A stretch of DNA of 64,000 bases from Eledone cirrhosa (taxonomy: Eukaryota): contig OZ024740.1 of assembly GCA_964016885.1 (NCBI GenBank), forward strand, positions 245,892,001-245,956,000, written 5' to 3'. A model generated the notes under the pieces. That model did not search any database and was not told the origin of the DNA. It was given only the letters and a program-made list of their open reading frames with translations. This document shows positions 26,101 to 40,400 of the stretch, one piece after another. The translations under genes and the position numbers were made by a program. Numbering within the stretch: position 1 is the first letter of the stretch; each line of letters begins with the position of its first letter.

Positions 26101-26683
26101 ACAATTATGGTTATGAACACCCAGAGGGATGAAAGGCAAAGTCAATCCCATTGAAATTTGAATTCAGACTTGTTTTTATCATTTAGGAGGAAAGACAATG
26201 CTCATGACACTTCCTTTTTTCAAAGCCCTAATGACTGGTGGGAGGAAGTTATCCTCAAACTGGTACAAATTCTTGTAACAGAGTGGACCATACTAAAGAA
26301 ATCCAAGAGCCAAAGGGTGGTGTTAAACTTGATGACCGATTAAGTGTACCATCCAAGTAGGCCATGGCAGGATTTTAACTCAAAACACTAAGAGGTAGAA
26401 AAATACTGCAAGCCAACCCATCCAACACTCTAATGGTTCTACCAATTCACCACTCTAGACTGGAACTATCATTTAAACCTTGAGAGGGGAAAGGCAAAGT
26501 TGACTTTGGAGGGATTTAAACTGGCATAAATATCACAAAGCATTTTATCTGATGCTCTAATGCTTCTGCTAGTTCCAGGCCACATTTAACTAAATATTAC
26601 AAGGCACTTTGTTGGGCACTCTCTGTCATTCTACCCTTTGGCAATATTCATAAAACTAACTATACTGAACTTTGTTTCTTCAG

Positions 26684-26796
26684 ACGAAAATAAAGAGTCT
26701 TGTCCAATGTCAGTCAATGAGGCTCCCTGTAGACAAATATTAACTCCTGACCCACAAACTAAGAGATTTAACATGTTACCATGTGGCACTGACTGA
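26684..26796 (+). CDS. Candidate last coding exon of an unidentified convergent gene, (x)ENKESCPMSVNEAPCRQILTPDPQTKRFNMLPCGTD*
   Basis: ACTAAC branch point at 26655-26660, tttgtttcttcag acceptor, non-repetitive open frame to TGA, AATAAA about 170 nt downstream; no homology recognised. Confidence 0.4.
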
Positions 26797-27597
26797 ATTC
26801 AGTCTCTTACCCTAGGTATGTGACAACTGTAACAAAACAAGCATATAGATTGAGAGTTTAATAGCCTTCCCATTATTTTGGACACAACAAAGAGAAGAAA
26901 CCATAGACCAAAGTGACTCAATCACAACAATACTAACCATTAAATGAGTAACAACACACACTCTATCAAATAAAGTAAGTTAAACATACTGAATGTTTCT
27001 CTGAGCAACAACTGACACTTTAAGTGACTGAGCAGCTAAGATAACATCGAATGCAAATGAGAAACTCAATTTTTGAAGATGACTGAACATCTAATGACAG
27101 CAATTGTACAACTGATCTATCACAGACATTGAATATACAACTGAATGCAAACTAATACATCAGACATTTATATGTACAACTGATCCATCAAACATCTGTA
27201 TATAAATTTGATCTTTGACAGGCATCAGTATATACAGTTAATCTATCACAGGACTGTATATAAAGTTGATCCACTGCAGATAATCCTCCTGACACATCTA
27301 TATATAAAGGTGATCAATTACAGACATATATCAGTATCACATCCAAGATTTAACTCAGACAAACACTATTGACATTTTAAAGAGACAAACAAAAGGAAGA
27401 AAGAAAAAAATCAATTACGTTATTTTTTCATTATATTTATGCTGAGCACAATAATTTTCACTCCAGAGTTACACATAATGTGATGATGATAATAATAATA
27501 ATAATGATTATGGTGTTAATAATGGTGATGATAATGAAAACAACTTCTTACTTAGGCATGAAGTCACAAATTTATAAAAAAAGAGAAGTGTGTGCTC

Positions 27598-27632
<35 letters not shown>

Positions 27633-29977
27633 TATAGGCATTAACAAAATGTATTGATTTAGTTGCTGAGAACTTGTCACAATGCCACAATACCAGACGC
27701 AATAATAGTAATAAAAAAAATAATAATGGCTTCTGATTTAGGTACAAGGCCAACAATTTTAGGGGACGGGGGAAAGTCGATTAAATCGACCCCAGTGCAT
27801 TACTGGTACTTTATTTTATCGACCCTGCAAGGATGAAAGGCAAAGCTAACCTTGCAGGATTTGAACTCAGCGTGTAAAGGGATGTAACTCCATGCTGCAA
27901 AGCATGGTGCCTGACGCTCTACTGATACTGTGCCAATCCACCGCACTAAAAAAGTATAATAATGGTGAAGGATTTTTTTTACTCAGGGATAAAGCTTCAG
28001 ATTTTCAAAGAAGTGGAAATAAAAGGAAATTGTAATATCCACACCTTTTGTAAGGACATTATTGATACACAACAATAATAATCATTATTTATTTCTAATT
28101 TAAGCACCAACAAGGCCAGCAATTTGAGGGAGGGAATAGTTGTTTACACTGACCCCAGAACTTGACAAGTACTTATTTTATTAACTTCTGAAAGGAAGAA
28201 AAGTAAAGTTGACCGTGGCATGATTTAAATAGAGAATGTGAAGGGTCCTAACTAAATCTTGCACAGGGGTTTTCTCTGATGCTCTAAAAATTCCAACAAT
28301 TCAGTAGTCCTAATATTGTTTAACAACAATAGTAATAACAAAAACAAATCAGCTCAACTAACTTGGTGTAGTAAAACAATTAAGGATAGTTAATCCTGAG
28401 ATAATAGTTTTCATAAAGGTCATCATCATTTTAGGACATTTAAATTTTTATTTCACACTAAAAACTTTTAAACAGAAATGCAAAATAATAATAATAATTT
28501 AATCAGTAAATTGATTGAAGATTAAATTTTTTAAAATACAAGAAAAAGTCTGCAAAGAACAAACACTCAAGAAAATTATGAAAAGAATAAAGATAAACAA
28601 ACACACGTAAAATAACTAATTTACTGATTAATTAACCCGAAAATTATCTCCACTAAAGGAAGACAAACGAAATATTTCCAGAAACTTTAAACAAATTCAA
28701 AATATTACTGAGATGAAAGAACAAAAGCAGAAAAATGTATTCTTCTGGGTTGTGTATGTTTGGCAATTGATTTGATCTTCCTGTCTTTTCACTGTTTAGT
28801 CAGGGAGGGAAGGGCAGTGCATATGCTCCTTTTCAGAGCCCTCTGCAATTACTGAGAGGGATGGATGAGAGTATCTTCAGGCCGGAGACCTGGTCTGAAT
28901 ACTTACCGCTAAAGGTAACCAACAGCCAGGTGGTGGTGTTAAACTGGGTGATGGATTATATCTACCGCTCATGTAGGCCACAACTGAATTTGAACTTGAA
29001 ACACAAAAAGTTGGAACAAATACCATAAGGCATCCCATGCCAATTTCGCCAATCCACTGTGCTGGTCTAGTACTTTATTTTACCAACCTTGCAAGGATGA
29101 AAGACAACTCTGACCTAGGCAAAATTTAACTCAGTAGTTTGTTTTAAAACTGAAGCCATAACATCACGGAAGAGCCATTCAAAAAACAAACAAAAACTGT
29201 TACATTCACTTTTTGTTCATTTTGAAGTGTCATAATTTTCATCACACTTTCTGCAACCTGGTTACTGATAAAATACTAGTCACTTGACAAACTAGAAGTA
29301 ACAGCCCCTTCTACCAAACTGCTGTGGAACTGTGTCAATGACCAAGTCACAGAAATTACAATGAAAATTTCAACACCCAATGAAATAAATGTAAAATGAA
29401 TCTAAGTAGATTTTATGTGTATTTTATAAACATTTAAAAAGTCTCTTCTACAGGGTCTCAGATCAAGTCACTTGCCAAACAAGTATAACCTATTGAAGAT
29501 GTTAGTAAAATCCCAAACAAAAACACTAGTACAAAAATCATCCGATTTAGAGAGGTTTTCTAATGAAATATTCAGTTCTTACATAGGCACAAGGCCTCAA
29601 TTTTAGGGGAAGGGATCAGTTGAATGTATTATCTCCAGTACTTAACTGATATTTTAGTTGATGCCCTCCTCCCCCTGGAAAGATGAAAAGCAAAGTTGAC
29701 TTTGGCAGGATTTGTACTCAGAATGTAAAAGGTTAGAACAAATACCATAAGGCATTTTCTTTGATGCTCTAATGATTTTACTAATCCACTGTCCCCTTTT
29801 CTGATGAAATATTAGAAAAATATAAATGAAAATAAAAAATATAATAAATAATTGATAAAAAAAAACAAAACAAAAAACAGTTCTATGATTGAAATAAATC
29901 AGAGTCAATACTGCTAGCCCAGCCTTGCACAGAACACCTTTTCGTTAATCTTTGAAAGGCAAATGCTACACATCCCC

Positions 29978-30092
29978 TCATTGAAGAGGTTTAACGGCAT
30001 AGGTGATATAGCTTTTCACTTGTGAGAAATACAGCGGAGGATAGTTTTGCTCATTAAGGTCAAAATCTGTGACTGTTTCTCTGTTACTGGAT
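29978..30092 (-). CDS. FBXO9: FBXO9 last coding exon [37 protein letters not shown]
   Basis: cttttcag acceptor, TGA at 29980-29978; conserved C-terminus. Confidence 0.94.
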
Positions 30093-30437
30093 CTGAAAAG
30101 TATAATGTAAGAAATATACAGTAAGAAATTTATAGGAAAAAAAAAATTATTAGAAAAGGTCCACCACCATTAGATTCAAGTCAATAAAAAAGTCTTTACA
30201 TGGTCACTCAACATGCTAGAAATAGCAGTCAAATCTACCACAGACCATGCACTACTGCCTTGTTAAAGGGAAGAACAGTGAATAATTAGAACAATGTCTT
30301 TGATCATAGGTCTCTGCTTAACTAGGAGTGACCTGTGACTAAACAACAAAAGCTCTCAAATACATATTACTTTACATCTCATATTGTTTTATTTACTTGT
30401 TTGAGCAATTATTTGTGCCATAACATATCAGTGTGTT

Positions 30438-30468
<31 letters not shown>

Positions 30469-31054
30469 CATCATCATCATCACCGTTTTACATCCGTTCT
30501 TCCACACTAGCATGGGTTAGACGGGTTGTCCTGTTGTGGGCAGTGTCCGGTCGGCTGACCTTGTCCTGTTCATACAGGAATTGATTCTGGCTTGATTTCT
30601 ACAGCTGGATGCCCTTCCTAACACCAACCTCATTTACAGTGAGTGGTGGGTGCTTTTTTTTTCTGTGGCACCAACACGTCCACTTTACAGTGTGGGCTGG
30701 GTGCTTTTTACTGTCTCTCCTACATGACCACTTTACAGTGTGGACTGGGAGTCATTTTACTGTCTCTCCTACATGACCACTTTACAGTGTGGACTGGGAG
30801 CCTTTTTACTGTCTCCTACACGACCACCTTACAGTGTGGACTGTTGTGTCATTGACACAGTGGATGGAACGGTATATATATATATATATATATATATATA
30901 CCGTATTTTCAGTCCTCGAGGACGCACCCTAATTTTGACAACCAAAAATAAAAAAAAATAATAAACAACCTTCGGCCTCCAGGACACATGGTAGATTTTT
31001 TAGTCTTATTTCAGGAAATAAGTAGTGTCTTCGACACCGGGAAATTCAGTGTGC

Positions 31055-31093
<39 letters not shown>

Positions 31094-34000
31094 ACAGAGT
31101 TTTCTAGCTTGCTCGACAACATTAGCACCACCATCTTAGCTTTCGAATGCAGTATAGGGACGCTGAGAATTAAGGAAGCCCTCTTAATCAAGCAATTCAA
31201 ACCTAGGATCAATAATCAAATGGAAAGAAGTGCACCAGAATGGCTAATTTAAAAGCCTGTATTCCAATATCCCAGCGGCCATTTTCATTCTTTCTTTCAA
31301 ATTAAATCTATGTCCTCACTAGGCAAACACACATACATATATCGCACACATATTTTCCTTGTTTTATTATATACATATTCGCACACACCTTTCACTACAT
31401 AAACTTAAATTCACGAACACACATACAAACATGAGTTCCTTACATATATATATAAAAACACGAAGTACACATCAACAGGTTATAATTGACTTTATTTATT
31501 CATAATGGCTTTTATCTTTTTGAACAGAAAAAACAGAAAAACAAAGAAGAAATGAAATTTATTTTTGTTGTTTCAATTCATTGATATGCTCCAGGCTGAT
31601 ATTTGGTGTTGCTTTCTCAAAGCATTGGTAGCATTACTGGTGTTTTATTTTATCGACCCCAGATAAAAGACAAAACTAACCTTGGCGGGATTTGAACTCA
31701 GAACATAAAAGGGGCATAACTCTATGCTGCAAAGCACATGTCCGATGCTTAGGCCAGCAATTTAAAGGGAAGGGGAAAGTCAATTAAATTGACTCCAATT
31801 ACCGGTTCAAAACAAAGTCTGGGGAATTCATTATGATTTTGACTGATACAAATTGTAAATCAGCATGACACAAAACAAATGACAGGAATGGGAAAGAAAA
31901 CCTCAAGTCTTCTATTTGTTTTCATAACAAATGGAAGAAAATTATTTATCATCTAACAGTATATGTAGCGAAAGTTCAGGTGGGTGAGCCTTCAACATTT
32001 TAGGATATTGATGACCTTCAATAAGGAGATCAATCATTTCGAGACATCACACCTGCTTGAGGACACATAAGGAAATTGTTGTCAGAAAATATACAACAGC
32101 CAGAGTTTATAAAAACTTGAGGCAGGACAACAGCTCCAGTCTGCCACATTCGCGTGAGTTTACTGCTATTTCATGCTGTAGCCAACAAATCTTCATTTTC
32201 TCTACGATTGCACTACCAACAAATATTCCACACAAACCAAGAACTTCAATTTATCCCCCGCTCATAAGAATTTCAGGAAATGTTCAACCCTCTCGCTTAT
32301 TCCAATCCCCACTATTATTTTGGATCCGAGAGTACTTCTTTCACCACTGCTTTGGCAAGTACACTTGAAGGCTATACTTTGCAGATGGAGCATTAAGAAA
32401 ACCAAAACATGTCTAGAGTTGTCTCCCATACTCACTAAAACCAATAACAATACAAGTCATAGACTAACATTGTTCTTTTCTCGTGAACTAATTACTTCTG
32501 GTTATCTTTTTTCATCATCATCATCATTTTACATTAAATCTGTTAACACTGACTTAATGCATATACTATGTCTTCCTCTTTCTATTAAGCCACTGACAAT
32601 AAATAAAATTTTTAAAAATATTTAATGTTGCCAACCATTTGATTATATGTCTGCTTGTTCAGAACTGAGTTAAAGGCTAAACTGCAACAACCACAATAAC
32701 AGCTGTAGGTTCATCACTTCCCTAGATCTATTTAGCAGTAGAGTAAAATTGAAGCACTTACTTCGAGAAGGTATGCAAAGAATAATGGCGCCATATCAAC
32801 TTTGCAAACTTACGCCGCCCAGCTGATTGTAATCCAAATTCCTGCAAAAAAACAACAAAAAACCATCATACATCAAATTAGATTAAAGTGAATTTTTTGC
32901 AGTTTGTCAATGAATGTTCTGGATCTTTGATCAACAAAACGTTTTAATTATTTAATCAACATGTAAATGGCACAGTATTCCAGTGTCCACATCAAATTGG
33001 ATTTGTTTATCATTGAAAAGCCCATACATAGCTGCTCAAACTACATTGATTTACAGACATTCTTTTGTCACACTTATCTTCATAAAACTATTGTTCCACT
33101 ATTGAGATATAAATAAGGAAAACAGATATTTACCACTTGAAATGTCTGCTCAGGTTCTTCGTTCTCGTTTGGCCTGTTACGCTTATTACGTCGACTGTAC
33201 TGGTTAGAGTACTCATTCGGCTTGGTACGGGTTAAATAGGCAGTAATCTGCAGGATGTAGACAAAAAAAAAAAAAAAAGAAAAGAGAGAATTACAAAACA
33301 AAAAAAAATTACCTATTTTATGTTTATTTTTACCACTATCAGAGAGGAAAAGGCAGTGTCCATGACTTTGACTTGTTTCAGGACCTCTGAAACTCATAAG
33401 AGAAAAGATGAACTTATCCGTAGACTGGAGATTTGGCTTGAATCCTTGCAATGGAGTGAGCTCTGATAAAGGCACCTAAGGACCAGACGGGGATGTTCAG
33501 CAGGATGATGGATTAAGTCTACTGCCCCAACAAGTCAAAACACAAAGAGCCAGAACAAATACCACAAGGTATCTCATCCAATGCTCTAACAATTCTTCCA
33601 ATGCACCACTCTGGACTAGTACTTAATTTTATCAACATTGAAAGGATGAATGGCAAAGTTGACCTCAATGGAATTTGAACTCAGAGCACAAAGAATAAAT
33701 ACCACAAGGTATTTTGTCTTATGCTCTAATGACTGTGTTATTAATACTGAATCCTGATCATCATCGATACAATTTAACTCTATGTCTATGTCTTTGGGCT
33801 TGGTCTTTAGTTTGACGGATAACTTCCTCTCTTCCTTTTATCAACCTCAGCCTTGAAAAAATAAAAAGCCTTGGATGCTGCTCTTCTGTTGCAGTAAAAA
33901 ATATTTTAAATACTTTTTGGTAAAGGAGAAATGGATTGTATTGCACTCACAGTGCTTCCGGAGATCCTGTAATAACCACAAAGCATGCTGGCATTTTTGG

Positions 34001-34968
34001 ACTTGGTATTCAACTTTGTGACACAGACAGCTGGTTCATCTGGACTAGACATCATCACAATATCCCCTATAAATAAGAAACTTCAAAATAAGGTCAATAT
34101 TGAACTCATTACAGATGATCTGGAGGAAGAGGGAAGACAAACAACATTTATGAAATATTTTCCTTAGTCATCGAAATATTCTTTAATAAAAGGGTTCACC
34201 TACTTTTTAATAATTTATATAGGAGTTAATCAAAGCAACCTTATCTTTTAGAGTAACATAAAATAAAGCTATAAAAATAAGTCTATTCTTGGCTTCCTAG
34301 ATTTCTTCTTTTTTTTTACTGTTTAGTCAAAGATGAAGGACATTGGGAGAAAGAGATGAAGATATCCTCAAACTGAAGACCTGGTCTGAAAGCTAAAGGC
34401 ACCCTAGGATGGGTGTGTTAAACTAGGTGTCAGATTAAGTCTACCATCAAAGAAATCTCTAGTGAGATTTGAACTTAGAATTCAAAGAGCAGTAAAAAAA
34501 AAATACAAAGCCTCTCATCCAACATTTTAACAACTCTGCCAATTCACCACCTTGAATTGGTACTTTATTTTACTGACTCTGAAAAGATGAAAAGCAAAGT
34601 TCACCTTGACAGGATTCAAAATCAAAATGCCAAACCAAATTTTGCAAGGCATTTTGTCCTATACTCTAATGACTCTGCTAATTATAAGAATAAGTTGACA
34701 CATTAACATCCATTTTGATCTAGTCATTGTTTTAAAGCAAAGGTTCTCAACGGGGGGCATTCGTAGCTGCAGGAGGCGTTTGAAACTTTGGGGCGTTAAA
34801 AGCCCCTTTAGTTTGGTAAGTTTTATAAGTCATATTTGTACGTCTCTTAGACAGCCAGTGATTTGAATGAAGAAAACAAAGAAAATAAATAAAAGAAAAT
34901 CAAAAGAAATCAAAGGGGATGAAAGTAAGGACTACTTCAACAGAAATGACAAGAAGCAATGGTGGTGA

Positions 34969-35013
<45 letters not shown>

Positions 35014-35326
35014 CCGGCGTTAGTGTTTGATGAGGTTGAGAACCTGGTCAGCTTTCAGCCAGAGGTGTGGTATTTAATCTCCCTAGGTAATAAAATCTGG
35101 CGACAAAATGTTTCTCCTTACCAAAAAAAAGAACACATAAATCATATCAACATCCTTACACACTTAAATATAAATGCATGTATATATACAAATGTATAAA
35201 TGCATAGCTATATACACACGTAAATGTATGTATGTATGTAGATTTATTTGTATATACATATAAATTTACATACATATATATATATACATATAAATTTACA
35301 TACATATATATATATACATATAAATT

Positions 35327-35388
<62 letters not shown>

Positions 35389-37386
35389 CATATATATATA
35401 AATCTACATACATACATATATTTATATATATATATATATAAATCTACATACATACATATATATATATAAATCTACATACATACATACATTTATGTATGTA
35501 TATAGCTATGCATTTATACATTTGTATATATACATGCATTTATATTTAAGTGTGTAAGGTTATATATATGTATATATATATATATATATATATACACAGT
35601 TCAAGAGTAACCAATCTTAAAGAGAGAGATGGAGATAGTAGAGGAGATATGAGAGGAGAGATTGGTGAGTTAGTTAGAAGCCAAAGCGTAAAGGCATGTG
35701 CTCAATGTGCAATATGCAGTAGAAAGCAGCTAGGTGGCTGGGTTCATGCAGAGGTTAGGTGCGCAGAGCTGGAAATATTCATTAGTTAAGCAAAACAAGA
35801 CCACAAATTTCACAAGGAAGACATTATTAAAAGATTGTCAACATATTTTAGTTTGATGTAAGGAATGTAGAGAATAATAATAATAATATTAATAATAATA
35901 TTGTCCGTTTACAATTGTTTCACTACTCCATATAATATTTCTGGATCAGATGACTATATATCATAATTGATCTGGTTCAGTTGAAAATAATTAACATATT
36001 TAAAAAAACAGAGTGGCTCATCGGAACTCAAAGGAATATAAATTAAAATAATTGTTTCTACTTTAGGCACAAGGCCAGCAATTACCCAGTACATTACTGG
36101 TACTTTATTTTATCGACGGGAATATAAATTAAAATAATGTTACATAATATAATGTTCCATATATTGGTTTTTACTATGGTGTCTTGGTTGCATCAACTGT
36201 CAGCCATAATCAAGCAGTATTCATCTGTCGAGGCTGCATTGTGTGAGATCTGCCTATGGGTAACAAGATGGCTGCCAAAGGGCATATTTAGCTTACTAAT
36301 TAGAGGGTGGTTTCAGGGGAAGTAACTTCTCAAGAGATTAGAGGTTGTGAGTATTTATAGTTAAGTGCTAGTATTTAAATTTTTTAATTGAGAGACAATG
36401 TAGGGGAGGTAACTTATAATTATCGATTGTTCATAGCAATTTAACTTATTAGCTACAAGTAGAAATGGGGCTACATGACTAAGTTGGGTCAAAAACTCTA
36501 TTGGCGAAGGAATTAGCCCTTTGATGTTGACAGCTAATGGTTACCTCCGTTCTATCGTTAATCGGTAGAGGTCGTGATAGAGTTATGTAATATGCTTCCG
36601 TAAAACAGAGATCACAAGATTTTCTTCGTCCATTGAACGGTTGGGCCCTAGCTACGATATCCCATTTTAGTGAGTGTAGAATGTTGTTTAATTTAAGGTT
36701 TTTAATGAGCCGAGCTAGCGATATCGAACATCTGTTGCTAGGGTCTCTGAAGGAAAAAGAGTGCGCGTTATAGCGTACCTTAAAAGGGTTAGAGGTAGAC
36801 CCGATATAAGAGCTGGTATTCGAAGCAGTCTTAACCGTGCACCTATAGACTATGTTGGGTGTCAGGCAGTGTCCATTTAATGGGCATGCATTGGAGTAAC
36901 GGCAGTTGCAGTTGCTTCTGCGGTTAGTGAGAGAAGGGTTGTTTAACCTAAGCGGTTGGTCCGTGCTAGAAGGATTAGATAGGGGAGGTGTGCTACTAGA
37001 GTAATTATTGGTGTAGTGGCGTGGTGTATTTGATAGGGGTGGTGGTACCGCGGTGTGGGAGTTATACTGTCTTAGCTTATGATGGTTACTGAACGCGATG
37101 TGGCTAGCTAGGTTAGGTGTTGTGGAGAATGAGATTTTAATGTTATTTTTATTAAAGAGTTTGTAATATCTATGGTTAGGGGGGAAGTTTGGATAGGATA
37201 GAGAAGCGTTTGGGGATATTAGTGGCTAGATTAGATGAGAATGGTGGGTTGAGCCAGGTGATATTTCTATTATTATTAGTATTAATATTATTATTCTCTA
37301 CATTCCTTACATCAAACTAAAATATGTTGACAGTCTTTTAATAATGTCTTCCTTGTGAAGTTTGTGGTCTTGTTTTGCTTAACTAA

Positions 37387-37424
<38 letters not shown>

Positions 37425-40400
37425 TCAAACCTCAATTCCTAATTCTAGCGTATTTTCAAAACAAAACAAAATCCTTTTCCTTCTTCCTTCTTTCGAAACT
37501 CTAAACTCCCGTTTCCTCGACCCCCCCCCCCCCTTCCCTCTACTTCGCGAGGGCATGGCGGTCAACCGCCCAATACACACACATCATGCGGCCAACCCCC
37601 CCCCTCTCTCTCTTAGCTCTCTCTATACATATATATACAACATCCAGGCCGAAACAAATGAGATCGTGTAGGTGTCACGACAAAAAAACACACAGTCCAC
37701 GCTGTAAATGTGGCCGTGTAGGCAACACGGTAAAAACCTCCCAGCCCCACACTGTAAATGTGGTTGGTGTTAGGAAGGGCATCCAGCTGTAGAAAACCCG
37801 CCAGACAGTCCACGCTGTAATGTGGCCGTGTAGGCAACACGGTAAAAACCTCCCAGCCCCACACTGTAAATGTGGTTGGTGTTAGGAAGGGCATCCAACT
37901 GTAGAAAACCCGCCAGACAGTCCTATGCGAGCAAGACAACCACTCTTGCCTCAAGTGGGAAAACCCCCATCCAAACCCATGCAGGCGTGGAACACGGACG
38001 CTAAACCTGATGATGATGATATATATGCAGTGTGACAAGAAGCTTGTTTCCCAACCACATATTTCCAGGTTCAGTCCACTGTGAGTGGATTTGATAGATC
38101 AAAACTAAAAGAAGCCCGCCGTATATATGTCTGTGTGTGTCTTTGCGTTTGTGTTTGCCCTCCCACCAATGTTTGTTGGTTTGTTGACGTCCCCATAACT
38201 TACCAAGGTGATGCTCCAGCATGGGCGTAGTCCAGAGACAGAAAAAAAGTAAAATATATATGTGTGTGTGTGTGTGTGCGTGTGTGTAGAAGAGGGGTCT
38301 CAAACTCAAGGACACAAAAGGGCTATTACGTCCTGGAGGAGAGGCACAGTGGGCCAAACGTGGTGGTGGGTGAAGATTTTCACCAGTTATAATCATTTCT
38401 ACTATAGGAACAAGGCATGAAATTTGGGGTTTAGGGTTCAGTCGATTGCATCGATCCTAGTACACAACTGGTACTTAATTCATCGACCCCAAAAGGATGT
38501 AAGGCAAGGTTGAGATCGGCGGAATTTGAACTCAGAACGTAAAAACGGAAGAAGTACCGTTAAGTATTTTGCCAGATGTGCTAACGATTCCACCAGTTAT
38601 AATGCAATATGAAATATTGGTTCTACCACGGGCCACAGATAAGTAGTACGCAGGCCGCATGTTTGGGCCCCCTGTTGGGGATAGATAGATAGATGTGTAC
38701 CAAACTCAAACACATTTCTTACTCTCTCTGTCCCGCCCTCTTTCTCTCTTCATTTATATGTGTGTGTGTGTGGAACGTTGTTATTTGGCGTTGTTGAAAA
38801 GAGCAGTGGCCTTTGACCTGGCAATAAAAAACTGTAGACAAAATTCTTTCTGTACCCAAACCAAGGCACACACACACACACATTTGTGTGTGTGTATGTA
38901 TATCTGTGTGTGTGTGTGTGTGCGTGCACGTCTATGTGTGTGTGTGTCTGTGTATCTATCTATGTATATGTATATAAGGGATACAAATACTACTTTCTCA
39001 CTGTCTCCAAGCTTCTCAATTCATTCGTTGCTAAGTATTTTATTTTGCAACGTACTATTTTTCCCCTGAGTTTGTGATTTCAGAGAAAGGTAAGAAATTC
39101 TTCATATTTTACATCTTTTGTATTTTGACTTTACAGTTTGAATTGTAGAATTGTTTATCCAATCAAAATATTACAACAGCTAACAGTGAAATATAGAATT
39201 TAAAAAAAAGCTTTTTCGACTGAAATCAAGTCTTTGAGAACATTCACGTCTATTTTTCAAAAATATATAATTTGAAATAGTTTGCTTTTGTTTTGGACTG
39301 AAATTTTTTTTATATTTAATTCATACGGGTATTTTTTAAAGACCTTTTTAAAGATTCTAACATAACTTGATTTGGCCCATTACATGCACTGCGGCATTCA
39401 TATTTCTCAACTTATTATAGCTAAGTCCGTACAACAAGCTTCACTTATCAAAAATGTTCTAGGTTACGTGAATGAATTGCGGAAACTATATAGTACATCA
39501 GGGAAATTTAAGCACGCGCATTTATCACAACATGATGAAGAAAATGAAGTATCGTCACCACGCTCCTTTAAACCTGTGCGCCCTACGCGATGGCTAACAT
39601 GACTTTCTGCAGTCAAAGCCCTTCTTGACAATTATTCAGATGTCCCTATTTCTTTACAAGAGGCAACAAATGAGTTTGGCACCAACATTGCATCCAGAGC
39701 TAATGTTATTCTTACGTGTCACTCTCCGAGCTTGGATTGCACTTGGAGTTCCATTACTTCAATTCCTTGAAGGATTGAACAAATCTTTTCAAAGTACCAC
39801 CTTCAATCTAGGTGACATGTTGCATAGTGTCAAACTGGTGCAGGAGGAGCTAAAAAATCTATGCACTGAAGAAAAAGAGCTGTTCAATACAGCAGAAAAA
39901 ATGATTTATCAACTTGATATTTCTCCTTTGGAGCTACCCAGGCAACGAAAAGTTCCTAAAAGATACCAGGAAGGAAATGCGTTAAAATATCAACACTGCA
40001 CTGCTTTGGATCATTACAGAGTACAGTATTTGCAGGTAGTAGATACTGCAATATCAAATTTGAAAGATTATTTCTTTTAACAGGATTTAGCAGATTATGA
40101 AAAACTGAGCAATATTTTACTCAATGGAATTTTTTGAGCTGAAGTGATCATGCATTATCCAGAGCTTGATGAATTTTCTTTAAGGAACGAAATACTTTTT
40201 TATAGAAATCATCATAATGGATCATCTCTCGATGATCATCGTAAAATATTCGGTGAAATGCAACCAGAAGTCCATCGCATATTTGTAAATGTTGAGCGAT
40301 TGCTCAGGCTACTTTTAATGTTTCCAACCAGTTCTTGTGAAGCTGAAAGATCTTTTAGTGCTCTGCAGAGACTCAAAACTTGGTTGCGATCGACCATGAC

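Noticed and set aside
27040-27340. Loose ~35-bp periodicity (tatacaactgatctatcacagacat-like)
   Set aside because: Highly degenerate tandem repeat with no open frame or evident structure
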